Shown: positions 1 to 10,768 of the stretch, one piece after another
How positions within the stretch are numbered: the first letter of the stretch is position 1
Layout: every line of letters begins with the position of its first letter
Source of the DNA: an uncultured Chloroflexia bacterium
GTDB taxonomy: Bacteria > Chloroflexota > Anaerolineae > B4-G1 > SLSP01
DNA length: 64,000 nucleotides
NCBI GenBank assembly: GCA_963751345.1
Contig: CAVVUS010000011.1
Coordinates: forward strand, 352,001-416,000
Direction of reading: 5' to 3'
Made by a program: the position numbers and the translations under genes
Notes under the pieces: generated by a model
What the model was told of the DNA's origin: nothing
Database searches by the model: none
The model's input: only the letters and a program-made list of their open reading frames with translations

Positions 1-499
1 CCTCCATCAGGGGAAGCTCCGGAAAGCCGCCGATCGCTTCAAATACCGCTCGATACATGAACTGGGCGCGATCTCCGTGGATGACGCGCCAATCCGCCGG
101 AAAGCGAACGTGGTTGATCAGCCAAAGCAGTGGGCCGCGCTGTGGTTCGTATCGGACCTGAAATGCGCCGCCACTGACCCCGGGTCGCGCGAGGGTGTCG
201 ATGACGGCGTCTCGCCACCCGGCCGGAAGCCTGGAATCGGCATGGCAGAAAACGAGGATGTCGCCTCGGGCTGCATCCGCGCCGCGGTTCATCTGAACCG
301 CACGTCCCCGTGGCGCGTTGATGGCTTGTGCCCCTTCTGGCACGCGCTCGACGGTCCGATCCGTGCTGCCACCATCGGCGACGATGATCTCGACTTCGCT
401 GGAGAGGTAGGTGCGCCGTGCTGCCTCAACACACGATCGGATGTTCAGCGCTTCGTTGAGCGTCGGGATGATGACGGAGACAAGGACAGTCGCCGGCAC
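1..499 (-). CDS. GT2 glycosyltransferase, TIGR04283-like (3' end off window; start could be ATG at 598)
   Basis: Manual minus-strand translation: VSVIIPTLNEA..IIVADGGSTDRT..GRAVQMNRGA..ILVFCHADSRLP..HGDRAQF..FEAIGGFPELPLME. Not in the ORF track because it runs off the edge. Confidence 0.85.
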   Translation of the reverse strand, partial: MPATVLVSVIIPTLNEALNIRSCVEAARRTYLSSEVEIIVADGGSTDRTVERVPEGAQAINAPRGRAVQMNRGADAARGDILVFCHADSRLPAGWRDAVIDTLARPGVSGGAFQVRYEPQRGPLLWLINHVRFPADWRVIHGDRAQFMYRAVFEAIGGFPELPLME

Positions 500-617
500 G
501 TCAGGGATACGCCGAAGCCGTCGGGTGTCGCTGCCCACAGGGACTCCTCTCGCTGTTATCGCATGGACGTGCTGATCCCGGCGGATCTTACGTCCCATCC
601 TGACGCCGCAGGCCGTC

Positions 618-644
618 GTAGAGACGACCCGCCGGGTTGCCGTC
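618..644 (+). repeat. GTAG-type REP-like palindrome
   Basis: GTAGAGACGACCCGCCGGGTTGCCGTC, intergenic; same GTAGAGACG head as the copies at 16105 and 16233. Confidence 0.55.
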
Positions 645-655
645 CGCCCCGTAGG

Positions 656-1301
656 TCACCGGTGGTCGTAAGGTTGTCCCAGCGTCCGGACCCACACCCC
701 GTAGTCCTCGACGACATCCATGTCCGTCAATTCGGGCAATCGCACGAGGGAGATGTGGTGCGCCTGCGCCGACGTCTCGGTCTGCGTCAGCACCTCAGAC
801 GTGCTCCAGGCGATCTCGTCAAAAAGGGGTGCCCCCGGCGCCTGCATGCCGATGAGGTAGTAGCCACCGTCTGCTGCCGGCCCGATGACGCCCGGGATGA
901 CACCGTCCACGGGTGCCGTCCGAAGTACGCCAAAGGCGTTCCGGATGATGGCAACCGTAAGGCCGGGGATATCGCTGCCCACCAGCACCACCGTGTCTGC
1001 GCCTTCCTCAAAGGCCCGCTCGAAGGAGACGGCCATCCGGGTGCCCAGGTCGCCGGGCGCCTGGGGCCGAACGAGGAACTCGGGGAAGGCGCTCTCGAAG
1101 TAGGCGCAGTCGTCGGGCGTTGCCACGGCCAATTCCACGGCGGTGTCGGGCATCGTCGGCGATGGCGACCTCGTTCAGCAGTTTGTACATGAGCCGCGCA
1201 TAGACGCCGGCCGCCTGCTCACACCCGATACTGGCGCCAAGGCGGGTCTTGGCGTGATTCGGCAGCGGGCGCTTGGCATAGATGATGAGGTGCTGTCTCA
1301 C
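656..1301 (-). CDS. TIGR04282/DUF2064-like glycosyltransferase, frameshifted near 1150
   Basis: N-term HLIIYAKRPLPNHAKTRLG in ORF 1008-1430; C-term QAPGDLGTRM..LVGSDIP..GPAADGGYYLIG..WST..DMD in ORF 656-1153. Confidence 0.85.
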
Positions 1302-2310
1302 GATGTCTTTCCCAAGGTAAGGGTCGAACATCCCTCTTTGGAATGCCAGGTCCAGGTATGAAGTGACCTTGCGGAAGGTATCTGCATTGCGCACCGCGTG
1401 GTCTCCCGTCTGGTAAGCTACCCACGCCATCGCCGACCAGGAGATGCCCCTGCAGGTAGTTGAAGGGGTCCCGCAGCCGGATCCGCTCGACGATGGTATC
1501 GCGAAGATGCGGGTCGGTGATGGCGTCCCGGTAGACGTCGATGAACCGTGCCTTCTCCGCGTCCGGCATTCGGTACTCGCTCTTCCATAGGGTCGTCATA
1601 GGGGCACAGAAATGCGACAGGTCCTGGGAGGGATCCCCATAGAGGGGCTTCTCCCAATCGACCAGGTAGAGCCTGCCTTCCTCACGGTTCGCGATGAAGT
1701 TCCCCGAGTTGACCTCGGTATTGATGATAGCGGGCCAGCGGTCCTCGACGAAATACGCCTCCCTATGGCGCGCTTCCGCGGCCCAGGCGAGGACGTCGGT
1801 CAGGTAATCCCGCAGGTCGGGATCCGCAAGGTCCGATTCCAGATAGACGGGCAGCAGGCGGCTGCATTCCTCATAGGTCATGGTGAGAGGTCGCGTCTCC
1901 ACAATCAGCGAATGGTCTTCGGGGACGTCGACGGAGTGGATTCGGGCGAAGAGATGTGCGACGTCATCGAGGTCCCGCTCGTAGTCGAGGCTCTCTCCCG
2001 GCAGGTATGACATGGCCAATGCGCCGTAAGCAAGCACCTCACGACTGTCGTCCACGTCATAGGGCAGGGGCGTCACCCCGGTGCCCTTGAGCAAGCAGAG
2101 GGCCTTGTATTCGTAGGCGATCTGGTCGTCTCTCTGAATCTGCGACCCGATATTCACCCGCAGGACCCATCGCCTGTCGCTCTGATGTACCAGGTAGTTA
2201 AGATTGTACTCACCTTGGGCCAAGGGTGTGACGACGAAGGGCGAGGCAGGATCCCAGTGGGGGACCCCTGGCAGAGCGCCCTGGCGCAGGTAGGCCTGCA
2301 CGTCGGGCAT
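1298..2310 (-). CDS. Aminoglycoside phosphotransferase/choline-kinase-family protein, frameshifted near 1450
   Basis: GEYNLNY, VLRVN, INTEVNSGNF and LVDWEKP motifs; C-terminus continues in the 1008-1430 frame. Confidence 0.75.
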
Positions 2311-2342
2311 CAGCGCAAGCTAAGTCCATACGCATCGCTCCT

Positions 2343-4119
2343 CTACGGTGTGAGTGGCCAGATGATGGGCACCAGCAGGATGCTGACGATGTAGACGATG
2401 GCGGTGAGGAGCAGGCCGACCTTGGTGAAGTCGAAGAACTTGTAGTGACCCGGGCCATAGACGATCAGACAGGCAGGCTCCAGGGGGGTGATGAAGGAGC
2501 AGCTCGCGCTGAGGGCGATCATGACGGCAAAGGTACGCGGGTTCAGGCCAAGACGAAGCGCGCTCTGCACGGCAATGGGGAGCACCAATACGGCGGCCGC
2601 CTGGTTCGACATCGGTTGGGTCAGCAGCATCGTGATGGCGAAGAAGAGCGTCAGCAGGACGATCGGATGGGTGACCCCCAGGAGGCTGACCACCTGCGTG
2701 GCGAGGAACTGGGCGGTCCCCGTGTACTCCATCGCGGTGCCCAGAGCCAACATGCATCCGATCACGATCAGCACCTGCCACGCGACTTCGTGATAGGCCT
2801 CATCGGGGGTGATGCACCGGGTCAGAAAGACGGCTAGCGTGCCGAGCGTGACCGCGATGGGCAGGCTCACGATCCTAAGTGAGGCCAACAGCAGCACCCC
2901 GAGAAAGATGGCGATTGAGATCGGGGCCCGCTGGTGGTTGGGGCGCGTTCGCTGGACCATGCCGATCGTGTAAAAGTGTTCGGGATCGAGTGTTGCGATG
3001 TTGGTGCGGGGCCCCTGTACCAGCAGTTCGTCGCCGGCGCGCAGCCGTATCTGGCTCAGCTTGCTGAACACATCTCTGCCGCGACGGTTCATCCCCAGCA
3101 CCTGGAGGCCGAACCGCTGGCGGAACTGGAGCGTCTTGAGCGTACGCCCGGCTAGAGATGAACCGGGTAACAGGACGATCTCAGCGAGTTGCAGCTCTTC
3201 GCCCTGCAGTCGTGGATCCGACAGCTTTACTTCGGCTTTGAAGGCGAGCCCGGCCATGTCCTTGATGTCAAGGACTCTGCCGCGCTCGCCTTTGACCAGG
3301 AGTTCATCGCCTGCCTTGAACTCGAGCTGTGGCCTGGGCACCAGATACCGGTTCTCATTCCGGATGACCCTGACGACCGTCAGGTCGAGGTCACGTCCCA
3401 GCGAGGACTCGCTCAACGTCTTGCCGATGAGCGGCGAACCCGGCAGGACGATCACTTCGGCAAGATAGGGGCGGATGTCGAAGACCGTCGTGTCGACTTC
3501 GCTGTCCCGGATGGGAATCAAACGATTGCCGATCAAGTGCATGTAGAGGAGTCCGGCGGCGGCGATCGGCAGCCCTACGCCGGCAAGCTCGAACATGCCC
3601 AGAGGGGCCAGACCGTAGTCCACCATCAGGCCGCTGATCAGGACGTTCGTGGAGGACGCGACGAGCGTGATGGAGCTGGCCAGGATGGTTGAGAATGCCA
3701 TCGGCATGAGCAGTTGGGCGCGCGGTGTCTTGGTGCGGCGGCTCAAGTCGAGGACCACGGGGAGGAAGAGGGCCGCCGTGGCCGTGTTGCTGACAAAGCT
3801 GCTCAGCGCCGTCACGATGACCATGACCGCCGGCAGGAGGCGGCTCGGCTTGTTGCCCACGAGCCTCAGGATCCGCCGGCCCACCTGATCTATGACACCG
3901 GTGCGCGTCACGGCTGCGGTAAGTACGAGGAGCCCGAAGATCATAACGGCTGTATCGCTGCCGAAGCCTGCGAAAGTGGCGTTCGGCGGGTATCAGGCCC
4001 GTCAGGCTGAGTGAGAGCAGGATTCCTATCGCAATGATGTCGGCGCGAAACTGGTCGAGCGAGAACGCCACTACGGCGGCGAGGATGATGATGAGGAGCA
4101 GCCCGATCTGGAAGGTCAT
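2343..4119 (-). CDS. SLC13/CitMHS-family permease with TrkA-C domains, frameshifted near 3975
   Basis: SSFVSNTATAA, TLVASSTN, two TrkA-C repeats (GSPLIGKTL, GSSLAGRTL), SNQAAA, SFITP. Confidence 0.88.
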
Positions 4120-4121
4120 GG

Positions 4122-4845
4122 CTAGAGCCACCTCCCGAAGAGCGCGGCCAGGATTGGGACAAGCACGGCCGTGAGAATGCCGTTGAGCCCCATCCCCAGT
4201 CCTGAGAACGCCCCGGCTTCCTCATCCATCTGGAAGGCCCGCGCGGTACCGATGCCATGCGAGGCCAGTCCGATGGCGAAGCCCCGGATACTGTGGTCGT
4301 CGAATGTGCAGCAGGTCGAGAATGTACTTGCTGGTGACGGCGCCGATGATCCCCGTGAGGATGACCAGGACAGCCGTCAGCGGGGGCAATCCCCCCAGCT
4401 TTTCGGAAACGCCCATCGCGATGGCCGTCGTCACCGACTTCGGTGCAAGCGAGAGCAGCGTCGGCGTCGAGGCACCGAGCAGCTTTCCAAGGCCGACGGC
4501 GGAGAAGATCGCGGTGAGCGATCCCACGAGCAGCGCGACACCGATCGGACCGAGGAGATGCTGCAGTTTGCTGACCCGGTGATAGAGCGGCACCGCCAGC
4601 GCAACGGTTGCGGGGCCTAGCAGGAAGTGGATGAACTTTGCTCCCTCGAAGTAGGTGTCGTAGGACGTGCCGGTTGCCAGCAGCAGTGCCGAGACCGCGG
4701 CGATGGAGGTGAGCACAGGGTTCAGCCAGGCGTGCCCCGTACGATCGGCGAGCCACTGGGCGCCCTGGTAGATCACCAGCGTCGCCGTGAGCCACAATAG
4801 GGGGCTCTGTGCGAAGGTAGCCCAGAGATCGAGGAGCCTACTCAA
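4122..4845 (-). CDS. lrgB: LrgB family membrane protein, frameshifted near 4300
   Basis: LLGPATVALAVPLY, SLAPKSVTTAIA; C-term GLASHGIGTARA in the alternate frame. Confidence 0.88.
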
Positions 4846-4874
4846 CGCGGCCTTCCCCCTCTCGCCCTCCCTCG

Positions 4875-5237
4875 TCAGGGGAGGGAGAGTTCCGGAGGGC
4901 CACGTCGCCCCACCAGGTAACGCATGGTCAGCGCCGTAACCGCGATTGTGATGATCGTGCTGCCGGCGAGCGACACGGCGATGGGTAGCCACTCCCTCCG
5001 GATCAGCGCGAGGTAGGCGATGATCCCGGACCCTGCCGGGATGAAGAACAATGAGAGGTGCTTCAGGAGCCCCTCGCTGGCGGCGTCCACTGTCTTGGGC
5101 GCCTGGCCCCGGGCCAGCAGCGCGAGGAAGAGCAGGAGCATGCCGATGACGGGCCCCGGCACGGGCAGCGCGAAGGCGGATGAGATGGCCTCACCCGCAA
5201 GTTGGAAGAGCAACAGGACCGCCAATCCTCCAATCAT
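4875..5237 (-). CDS. lrgA: CidA/LrgA family protein
   Basis: LLLFQLAGE..PVPGPVIGMLLL..LSLFFIPAG; adjacent to lrgB. Confidence 0.9.
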   Translation of the reverse strand: MIGGLAVLLLFQLAGEAISSAFALPVPGPVIGMLLLFLALLARGQAPKTVDAASEGLLKHLSLFFIPAGSGIIAYLALIRREWLPIAVSLAGSTIITIAVTALTMRYLVGRRGPPELSLP

Positions 5238-5537
5238 TCTTGTGACCACCCTCCAGGCCGTGCGGCGCGCGGCGGCTTCGGGCTCTGTTCCGCACCCCTT
5301 GGCACCGCTGCGGCTGTCGCTGGCCCCCCAGCATTTTCATTCACTCCGTCATCCACACGATGCCGAACGCAGCGAATCGGGTGCCCCCATCGACATCCTT
5401 GATCGTGACCGGCAGCCGGTTTCGCCGAAAGACAGATCCTCTTGCGTTCGGTATTGTCGCCCCTCGTCAAAGCATCGCCAGGATACTCGGAAAGAAGTGA
5501 TACGCAAGGACGGAAGGTCTCAGGCGGTCGAACACAA

Positions 5538-7400
5538 TTACCGGAGCGACTTTGCGACGCGCACCGATGTTTCCGCCGCCGGCGTCTCAGACGTTGGGCT
5601 CGCACCCGCCAGCTCCCCATGCCAGAGACGCTGCATCTCCTCGCAGGTCTCCAGTAGATCGTCGAGGGTGCCCTCGGCCTCGACGCGACCGTCCTTGAGC
5701 ACGATGATGTGATCGGCGCGGCGCAGTGCCACGCGGCGATGAGAGACAGCCAGACAGGTCACGTCGGGCCGTTCGAAGACGCGCTCCCAGAGGATTCGCT
5801 CGGTCTCGACATCCAGGGCACTCGACAGATCGTCGAATACCAGCAGCTCGGGATCGCGGACGAACATTCGCGCCGCCGCCGTTCTCTGGATTTGGCCTCC
5901 CGACAGTTTGACGCCCTTGGGGCCAACCTTGGTCTCGAGCCCCTCGTCGAACTCGCCGACGTCGTACTCCATCACTGCCATCCGAATCGCCGTCCAGATG
6001 TCTTCTTCCCTCTTATCCATACCCATCAGGATGTTGTCACGTAATGAGTCGCTGAAGAGCCGCGGAACCTGTGCTGTGTAGGCGCAACGTGGCGGCGTGA
6101 ACCAGTTCCCGGCATCCTCGACCGGGACACCGTTCCAGCGGATCTCACCGCTGTCGCGGGGCAGCAGGCCCAGCAACACGCGAAGCAGCGTGGTCTTGCC
6201 GGCGCCGATGCGGCCCGTGACGACGGTAAGCTTCCCGGGTTGCAGCGTCAGACTGATGTCCTCGATCCCATGATCGCTTCCCGGATACCGGTAGCTTAGC
6301 GCTTGGACCTCCAGCGACCGAAGGCGATCTGCACCGGACCTCTCCGGGTAGGCGATGGCGGGGAAATTCCCGTCCATATAGACAGGGCCAAATTCGGTGA
6401 GTGCCTCGGGTGGGGCGCCCTCCATCAGGCGGCTCATCCGTTCGACGGAGACGCCGATCTGCTTGTAGCGGGCCACGAGCAGCCCGGAGAAGGTCGTCAA
6501 CTCGCTGATGCCGCTGAGCATAAAGACAAAGAGCGAGAAGTCGCCGACGGTGAATGTGCCATCCGTCATGGCGCGCCCGGCCAGGATCAGGATCACGCCT
6601 GTCCCGAGGTCGACGGCATTGCGGAACAGCGAGCTCAGCAGCGTCTGGAAGAGCCGGTCCTTGATCGCAACCTTCCGCCGTTCGTCATTGATCTTGTCGA
6701 AGTGCTTGAGAACGCTGTCCTCGGCCGTGGCGACTTTGACGGCCTGCACGGCGCCGAAGAACTCGCCGATGAACCCCGTGACGATCCCGGATGCCTTGCG
6801 GCTTGCCCGGCGATATTGCTCGATGCGCTTGGTGGCGCTGTTGGCGATCACGCCCACGACGACCAGCGGCAGGATCGCGACCGAAGCGATCCTTGCGTTG
6901 ATGGTGAACAGCGTGATGAGCCCCACGACGCCAAACGCGACCATGCCGAGCGTGTCGTTGATCCATAGCGCAAAGAGCGATATTTCGAAGACGTCGCCGC
7001 GGAAGCGGCTGATCGCCTCGCCGGGCGAATCCGGGAGAGCAGATGCGCCCGGACGCCGCAGGATGTGCCTCAGCAGGTTCTTGCGCAGCAAGGTCATGGT
7101 GTGGACGAAGAAGGGCACGTTGGTGCTGACGAGCCCGTAGATACCGAGGATGCTGCCCGCCTGGCAGGCGAAGAGAAAGGCGACCAGAGCCCACACGTCC
7201 CAGTGAACGGCAGCCTGGTTCGACAGCAGGTCGAAAAACGCTTTCATAATGTAGCCGGGGATCTGCCAGAAAGCGGTGAGCACGAGCATCGCTCCGAGGT
7301 TGGCCAACCAGAGCTTCCACCGGAAGCGGACCATATCGAGGATGACGCGCCAGGGAGGCAGCGCATTCACCTCTTCTTTCATCTCCAACGCACCGGTCAT
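5538..7400 (-). CDS. ABC exporter, fused permease-ATPase
   Basis: TMD plus [23 protein letters not shown]; GGAGG before ATG 7400. Confidence 0.92.
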   Translation of the reverse strand: MTGALEMKEEVNALPPWRVILDMVRFRWKLWLANLGAMLVLTAFWQIPGYIMKAFFDLLSNQAAVHWDVWALVAFLFACQAGSILGIYGLVSTNVPFFVHTMTLLRKNLLRHILRRPGASALPDSPGEAISRFRGDVFEISLFALWINDTLGMVAFGVVGLITLFTINARIASVAILPLVVVGVIANSATKRIEQYRRASRKASGIVTGFIGEFFGAVQAVKVATAEDSVLKHFDKINDERRKVAIKDRLFQTLLSSLFRNAVDLGTGVILILAGRAMTDGTFTVGDFSLFVFMLSGISELTTFSGLLVARYKQIGVSVERMSRLMEGAPPEALTEFGPVYMDGNFPAIAYPERSGADRLRSLEVQALSYRYPGSDHGIEDISLTLQPGKLTVVTGRIGAGKTTLLRVLLGLLPRDSGEIRWNGVPVEDAGNWFTPPRCAYTAQVPRLFSDSLRDNILMGMDKREEDIWTAIRMAVMEYDVGEFDEGLETKVGPKGVKLSGGQIQRTAAARMFVRDPELLVFDDLSSALDVETERILWERVFERPDVTCLAVSHRRVALRRADHIIVLKDGRVEAEGTLDDLLETCEEMQRLWHGELAGASPTSETPAAETSVRVAKSLR

Positions 7401-7416
7401 CGAATACCTCCACAAC

Positions 7417-9169
7417 TCACGCCAGCATCTCCTCGAGCCCTGTCTGCAACAGACCCGCGAAGCGCGAGCCGGGGTCGGACGCCAGGGCTACCCGGTTGCC
7501 GTATTCCATGATCTGACCGTCCTGGAGAATCATGATGTCATCGGCCCGGTGGACTGTGCCCAGGCGATGGGCAATGACGACGGCTGAGCGGTCCTGCAGC
7601 AGTTTGTCCACCGCGCGCTCGATAAGCTGCTCGGTCGCGGGATCCAGTCTGGAGGACGCTTCGTCCAGGATGACAAGCCCGGGGTCGCGCAGGAAAACAC
7701 GGGTGAAGGCGAGCAGTTGGGCTTCGCCGGCAGAAAGACCCCGGCCTCCCGTTTCCAATCGTGTGTCGAGGCCCTCAGGAAGCGACCCGTACCAGTCCGA
7801 GAGATCCAGTGCCTCGATGACCTCCCGGAGCTGCTCGTCGGAGATCGTGTCGTCGAAGAAGGTCAGGTTCTCGCGGACGGTCGCCTGGAAGAGCTGCACA
7901 TCCTGAGTGACCAGCGCCACGCGTGTACGGAGGTGTCGCAGGTGGGGCTCCCGGATGTCGACGCCGCCCAGGCGGATCGCTCCGACCTTCGGGTCGAAAA
8001 GCCGGAAGACGAGCCGGGCCAGTGTGGTCTTCCCGCTGCCCGTCCTGCCCAGGAGGCCCAGCACCTGGCCCGGCGCGAGTTCGATATCGACATCCTTCAG
8101 CACCGGTTCCTCCTCGATGTAGGAGAAGGAGACGTGATCAAACTGCAGGGCCAACGGCCCCGACGAAATCTGAGCGCCGGGCCCGTCCTGCAGCTTGCTG
8201 CGCACCCTGCTGAGGTCCGACAGACGCTCCGTGGCGGCGCCGGCATTCTGCAGGTTCTCGGCCTGTTGGGTCAGCTCTCGAATGGGCCGGCCCAGCAAGT
8301 TCACGTAGTACACGATCAGGTACGACCGTACCGATGGTGATGAGGTTGGCCCGGAACAGATAGAAGCCGCCAATGATGGCCATGGCGTTGCCGGTCGTCA
8401 TCAGAACTCCCCCAACCGTGCGGACGATCATGAACTTCCGCTCTCGCTTTCGCCAATGGGTAAGTCCCAGATACTGAAGCTTGTAGAGCCCGCGCAGGAC
8501 GAAATCGACGGCACCGGACGACCGTATGTCCTCGGTGCCGGCAAGACGTTCCTCGAGATACCCGAACAGATCGGCTGTGGCCTGGCGAAACGCCTTCTGA
8601 TGCGGAACGGCGAGCCCGCGCACGGCGTTGAGCGCCAGGAGCGCCACGATGGCAAAGACAAGGATCGCGCTTCCCAGACGCCAGTCCTCCAGAAAGAGCG
8701 CCACGACGATGCCCGCGAGCAGGAACAGATTGCCGATCACCCGTATGACAAGCTGCGAGAAGAAGTTCGACAGCTCGGCGACGTCCCCGTCGATGCGCTC
8801 GATGAGCTCGCCGGGACTGGTCTCACCGTGGAAACTCATGTCCAGGTTGATGCAGTGGCGGGCAAGCTCTGCGCGGAGGGCGTTCGTCGCCGTCCACGCC
8901 ACGTTCTCGCCAAAATAGGAGGCTCCGACGGTGACGAACTGCTGAAGGATCGCCAGCCCGATGTACGTGATCGCGGTTGCGATGAGGATCTTGCCGTTGG
9001 CTGAGGACTGCGTCGCATCGATGAAGCGCCGCATGATCTGGGGATTGAAGATCTGCAGTCCGATGCTGCTCAGCAGCAGGACCGTGAGGATCGCAAACCG
9101 ACCCCTCTGCGGTCTTATGTGCTTGGCGAGTAGGTCCCAGTAATGTCTTAGGGGGATGTTCACCTGCAT
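7417..9169 (-). CDS. ABC exporter, fused permease-ATPase (heterodimer partner), frameshifted near 8325
   Basis: TMD in ORF 8138-9169; [22 protein letters not shown] in ORF 7417-8373. Confidence 0.9.
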
Positions 9170-9308
9170 ACCTCGTTGATTGAACGTATGTTCGAGCGCC
9201 TGCCTACTGTAAGGCTTTTGCCCTGTCTGTCAACTGCATCTACTGCATCCGGTGGTGAGAACAGAGGTGTTAAAACATACAATTGGCTACTAAATTTCGA
9301 ATTGCCTA

Positions 9309-9336
9309 TTGACAACTTCCACAGGCTTGGTATAAT
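9309..9336 (+). promoter_or_regulatory. Consensus sigma70 promoter with extended -10
   Basis: TTGACA 9309-9314, 16-nt spacer, TGG-TATAAT 9328-9336; points into a region with no credible gene. Confidence 0.85.
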
Positions 9337-9342
9337 GTAAAT

Positions 9343-9729
9343 ACTCTAAGGAAGGAAGTCCGGGAAGCCGGACGGAGAGCCAAGGAGTAAGGGAGTCCCG
9401 AGTAATTGGATGACACCCTATCAGAACCTTGACCGGTGCAGTGGATGGGCAGAGTCCCGTGGAAACTGTGAAACAGTTTTGGGACTGTCAGGAAGTGTCA
9501 GAGTCAAGGTTATCTCAAAGCGATGAAGCTTCAATGATTAGCAGAGATGTCATCATCCCTGACAGGATGACAGACAAAGCGAAGTCAGCGAAGTGGAGCG
9601 GAGAGAAGTCAAGTAGGTATGCCGGATTCTATCAGGGCGAGTAGAAACTAACGAGCCAGGATAGGAAGCGAAGGCAAACCGAAAGAGCGATAGGGAACAC
9701 AAAAGGTTACTTGGGACCCCTTCTTTTTT
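9343..9729 (+). ncRNA. Candidate large structured ncRNA, family not recognised
   Basis: Own promoter and terminator; purine-rich and ~50% GC; nested complementary segments 9389-9405/9707-9722, 9416-9422/9689-9695, 9425-9433/9503-9511, 9453-9458/9481-9486, 9358-9363/9368-9373. Confidence 0.7.
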
Positions 9730-9737
9730 GCGTACAG

Positions 9738-9774
9738 AGGCGCACAACGGCATCGTCCGCTTGTGCGCCTTTTT
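9738..9774 (+). terminator. Intrinsic terminator on the + strand
   Basis: AGGCGCACAA 9738-9747 / TTGTGCGCCT 9761-9770 followed by TTTT. Confidence 0.7.
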
Positions 9775-9790
9775 GCGTCCGGCGGTACGC

Positions 9791-10393
9791 TCACGCCTCG
9801 ACGTCGTTCTGGAAGACCTCGGGCTTGAGCAGCCCGATGAAGGGCAGGTTGCGGTACCGTTCCCGGAAGTCGAGCCCGTAGCCGACGACGAGACGATCGG
9901 GCAGGTCGAACCCTTTATAGGCGATGGGGATATCGATCAAGCGCCTGCGGGACTTGTCCAGCAACACGCAGACGTTCAGGCTTGCAGGGTCGCGTGCGCG
10001 CAGGTTGCGCAGCAGGTAGTTGAGCGTCAGGCCCGTGTCGATGATATCCTCCACGAAGAGCACGTGACGCCCCGTGATCGATAGGCTGAGGTCTTTCTCG
10101 AGGCGCACCATGCCCTGGTTGCGAGCCTCTGAACTGTAGCTGGCGACCGCCATGAAATCGATCTCTACCGGAATCGTGATCGCCCGCAGCAGGTCTGCGA
10201 TGAAAGGCACCACCCCCTTCAGCACGCCGACCAGAATCGGGTCCCTCCCCGCATAGTCCCTCGAGATGGCGTCTCCGATCTCGCGCACGCGCTGCTGAAG
10301 CTTGTCCGCCGGAATGAGGACCTCGCGGATCCCGTCGGTGAGAACTCCGTAGGCTTCGGGAGGATACCAACCGCCGGTTGTCGGGTCGCTCAT
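9791..10393 (-). CDS. hpt: Hypoxanthine phosphoribosyltransferase
   Basis: VGVLKG, DFMAVASY, VEDIIDTGLTL, VVGYGLD..YRNLP. Confidence 0.95.
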   Translation of the reverse strand: MSDPTTGGWYPPEAYGVLTDGIREVLIPADKLQQRVREIGDAISRDYAGRDPILVGVLKGVVPFIADLLRAITIPVEIDFMAVASYSSEARNQGMVRLEKDLSLSITGRHVLFVEDIIDTGLTLNYLLRNLRARDPASLNVCVLLDKSRRRLIDIPIAYKGFDLPDRLVVGYGLDFRERYRNLPFIGLLKPEVFQNDVEA

Positions 10394-10755
10394 TGGGCCT
10401 CTCCCCCCAGGATCTCCCTGGCTTGCTCGTCAATCCCGTACTTGATCATCATGTCCCGGACATTGCGTCGCTTGAACAGCTTGATGTTGATGTCCGGGTA
10501 GAGCTCTCGCAGGCGCTCGATCTTGTGGTTCTTGATCCTGATAAGCTTCGGACGCAGGGTCGTCAACTCGACATAGAGATCCTGCTGCGGAAGGTAGAAG
10601 TCGGGTGAGAAGGCCTCCAGTACGTTGCCGTGCTCGTCCTTCTCCAGGACGAAGGTGCGTGGCTCGTACTTCCACTCAATCCCATAGTAATCCAAAATCC
10701 TGGCGAATTCCTTCTCCGATGGATGTGCGAAGGTGGGGGTGGGGGCGTCGTTCAA
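10390..10755 (-). CDS. Small PD-(D/E)XK-like protein overlapping the hpt start
   Basis: SEKEFARILD..WKYEP..FSPDFYLP..LYVELT; 4-nt overlap with hpt. Confidence 0.7.
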   Translation of the reverse strand: MNDAPTPTFAHPSEKEFARILDYYGIEWKYEPRTFVLEKDEHGNVLEAFSPDFYLPQQDLYVELTTLRPKLIRIKNHKIERLRELYPDINIKLFKRRNVRDMMIKYGIDEQAREILGGEAQ

Positions 10756-10768
10756 GAGGGTTCCTTTC

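Noticed and set aside
1008-1430. Apparent in-frame fusion of the kinase C-terminus with the TIGR04282 protein
   Set aside because: Removing one base in the GGGAAA run gives a standard GTGA stop/start overlap at 1298-1301; likely an indel artefact
9351-9373. GAAGGAAGTCCGGG resembles the RNase P GAGGAAAGUCC motif
   Set aside because: It forms a local hairpin, and the other RNase P conserved regions, including the 3' ACAGAA-CCCGGCUUA-type P4 partner, are not visible
9429-9644. 71-aa ORF inside the candidate ncRNA
   Set aside because: TTG start, no clear RBS, atypical composition, no recognisable domain
9672-9690. GGCAAACC-GAAA resembles a c-di-GMP-I riboswitch
   Set aside because: P2 stem and the downstream GCAAAGC pattern are missing, and there is no downstream gene on this strand
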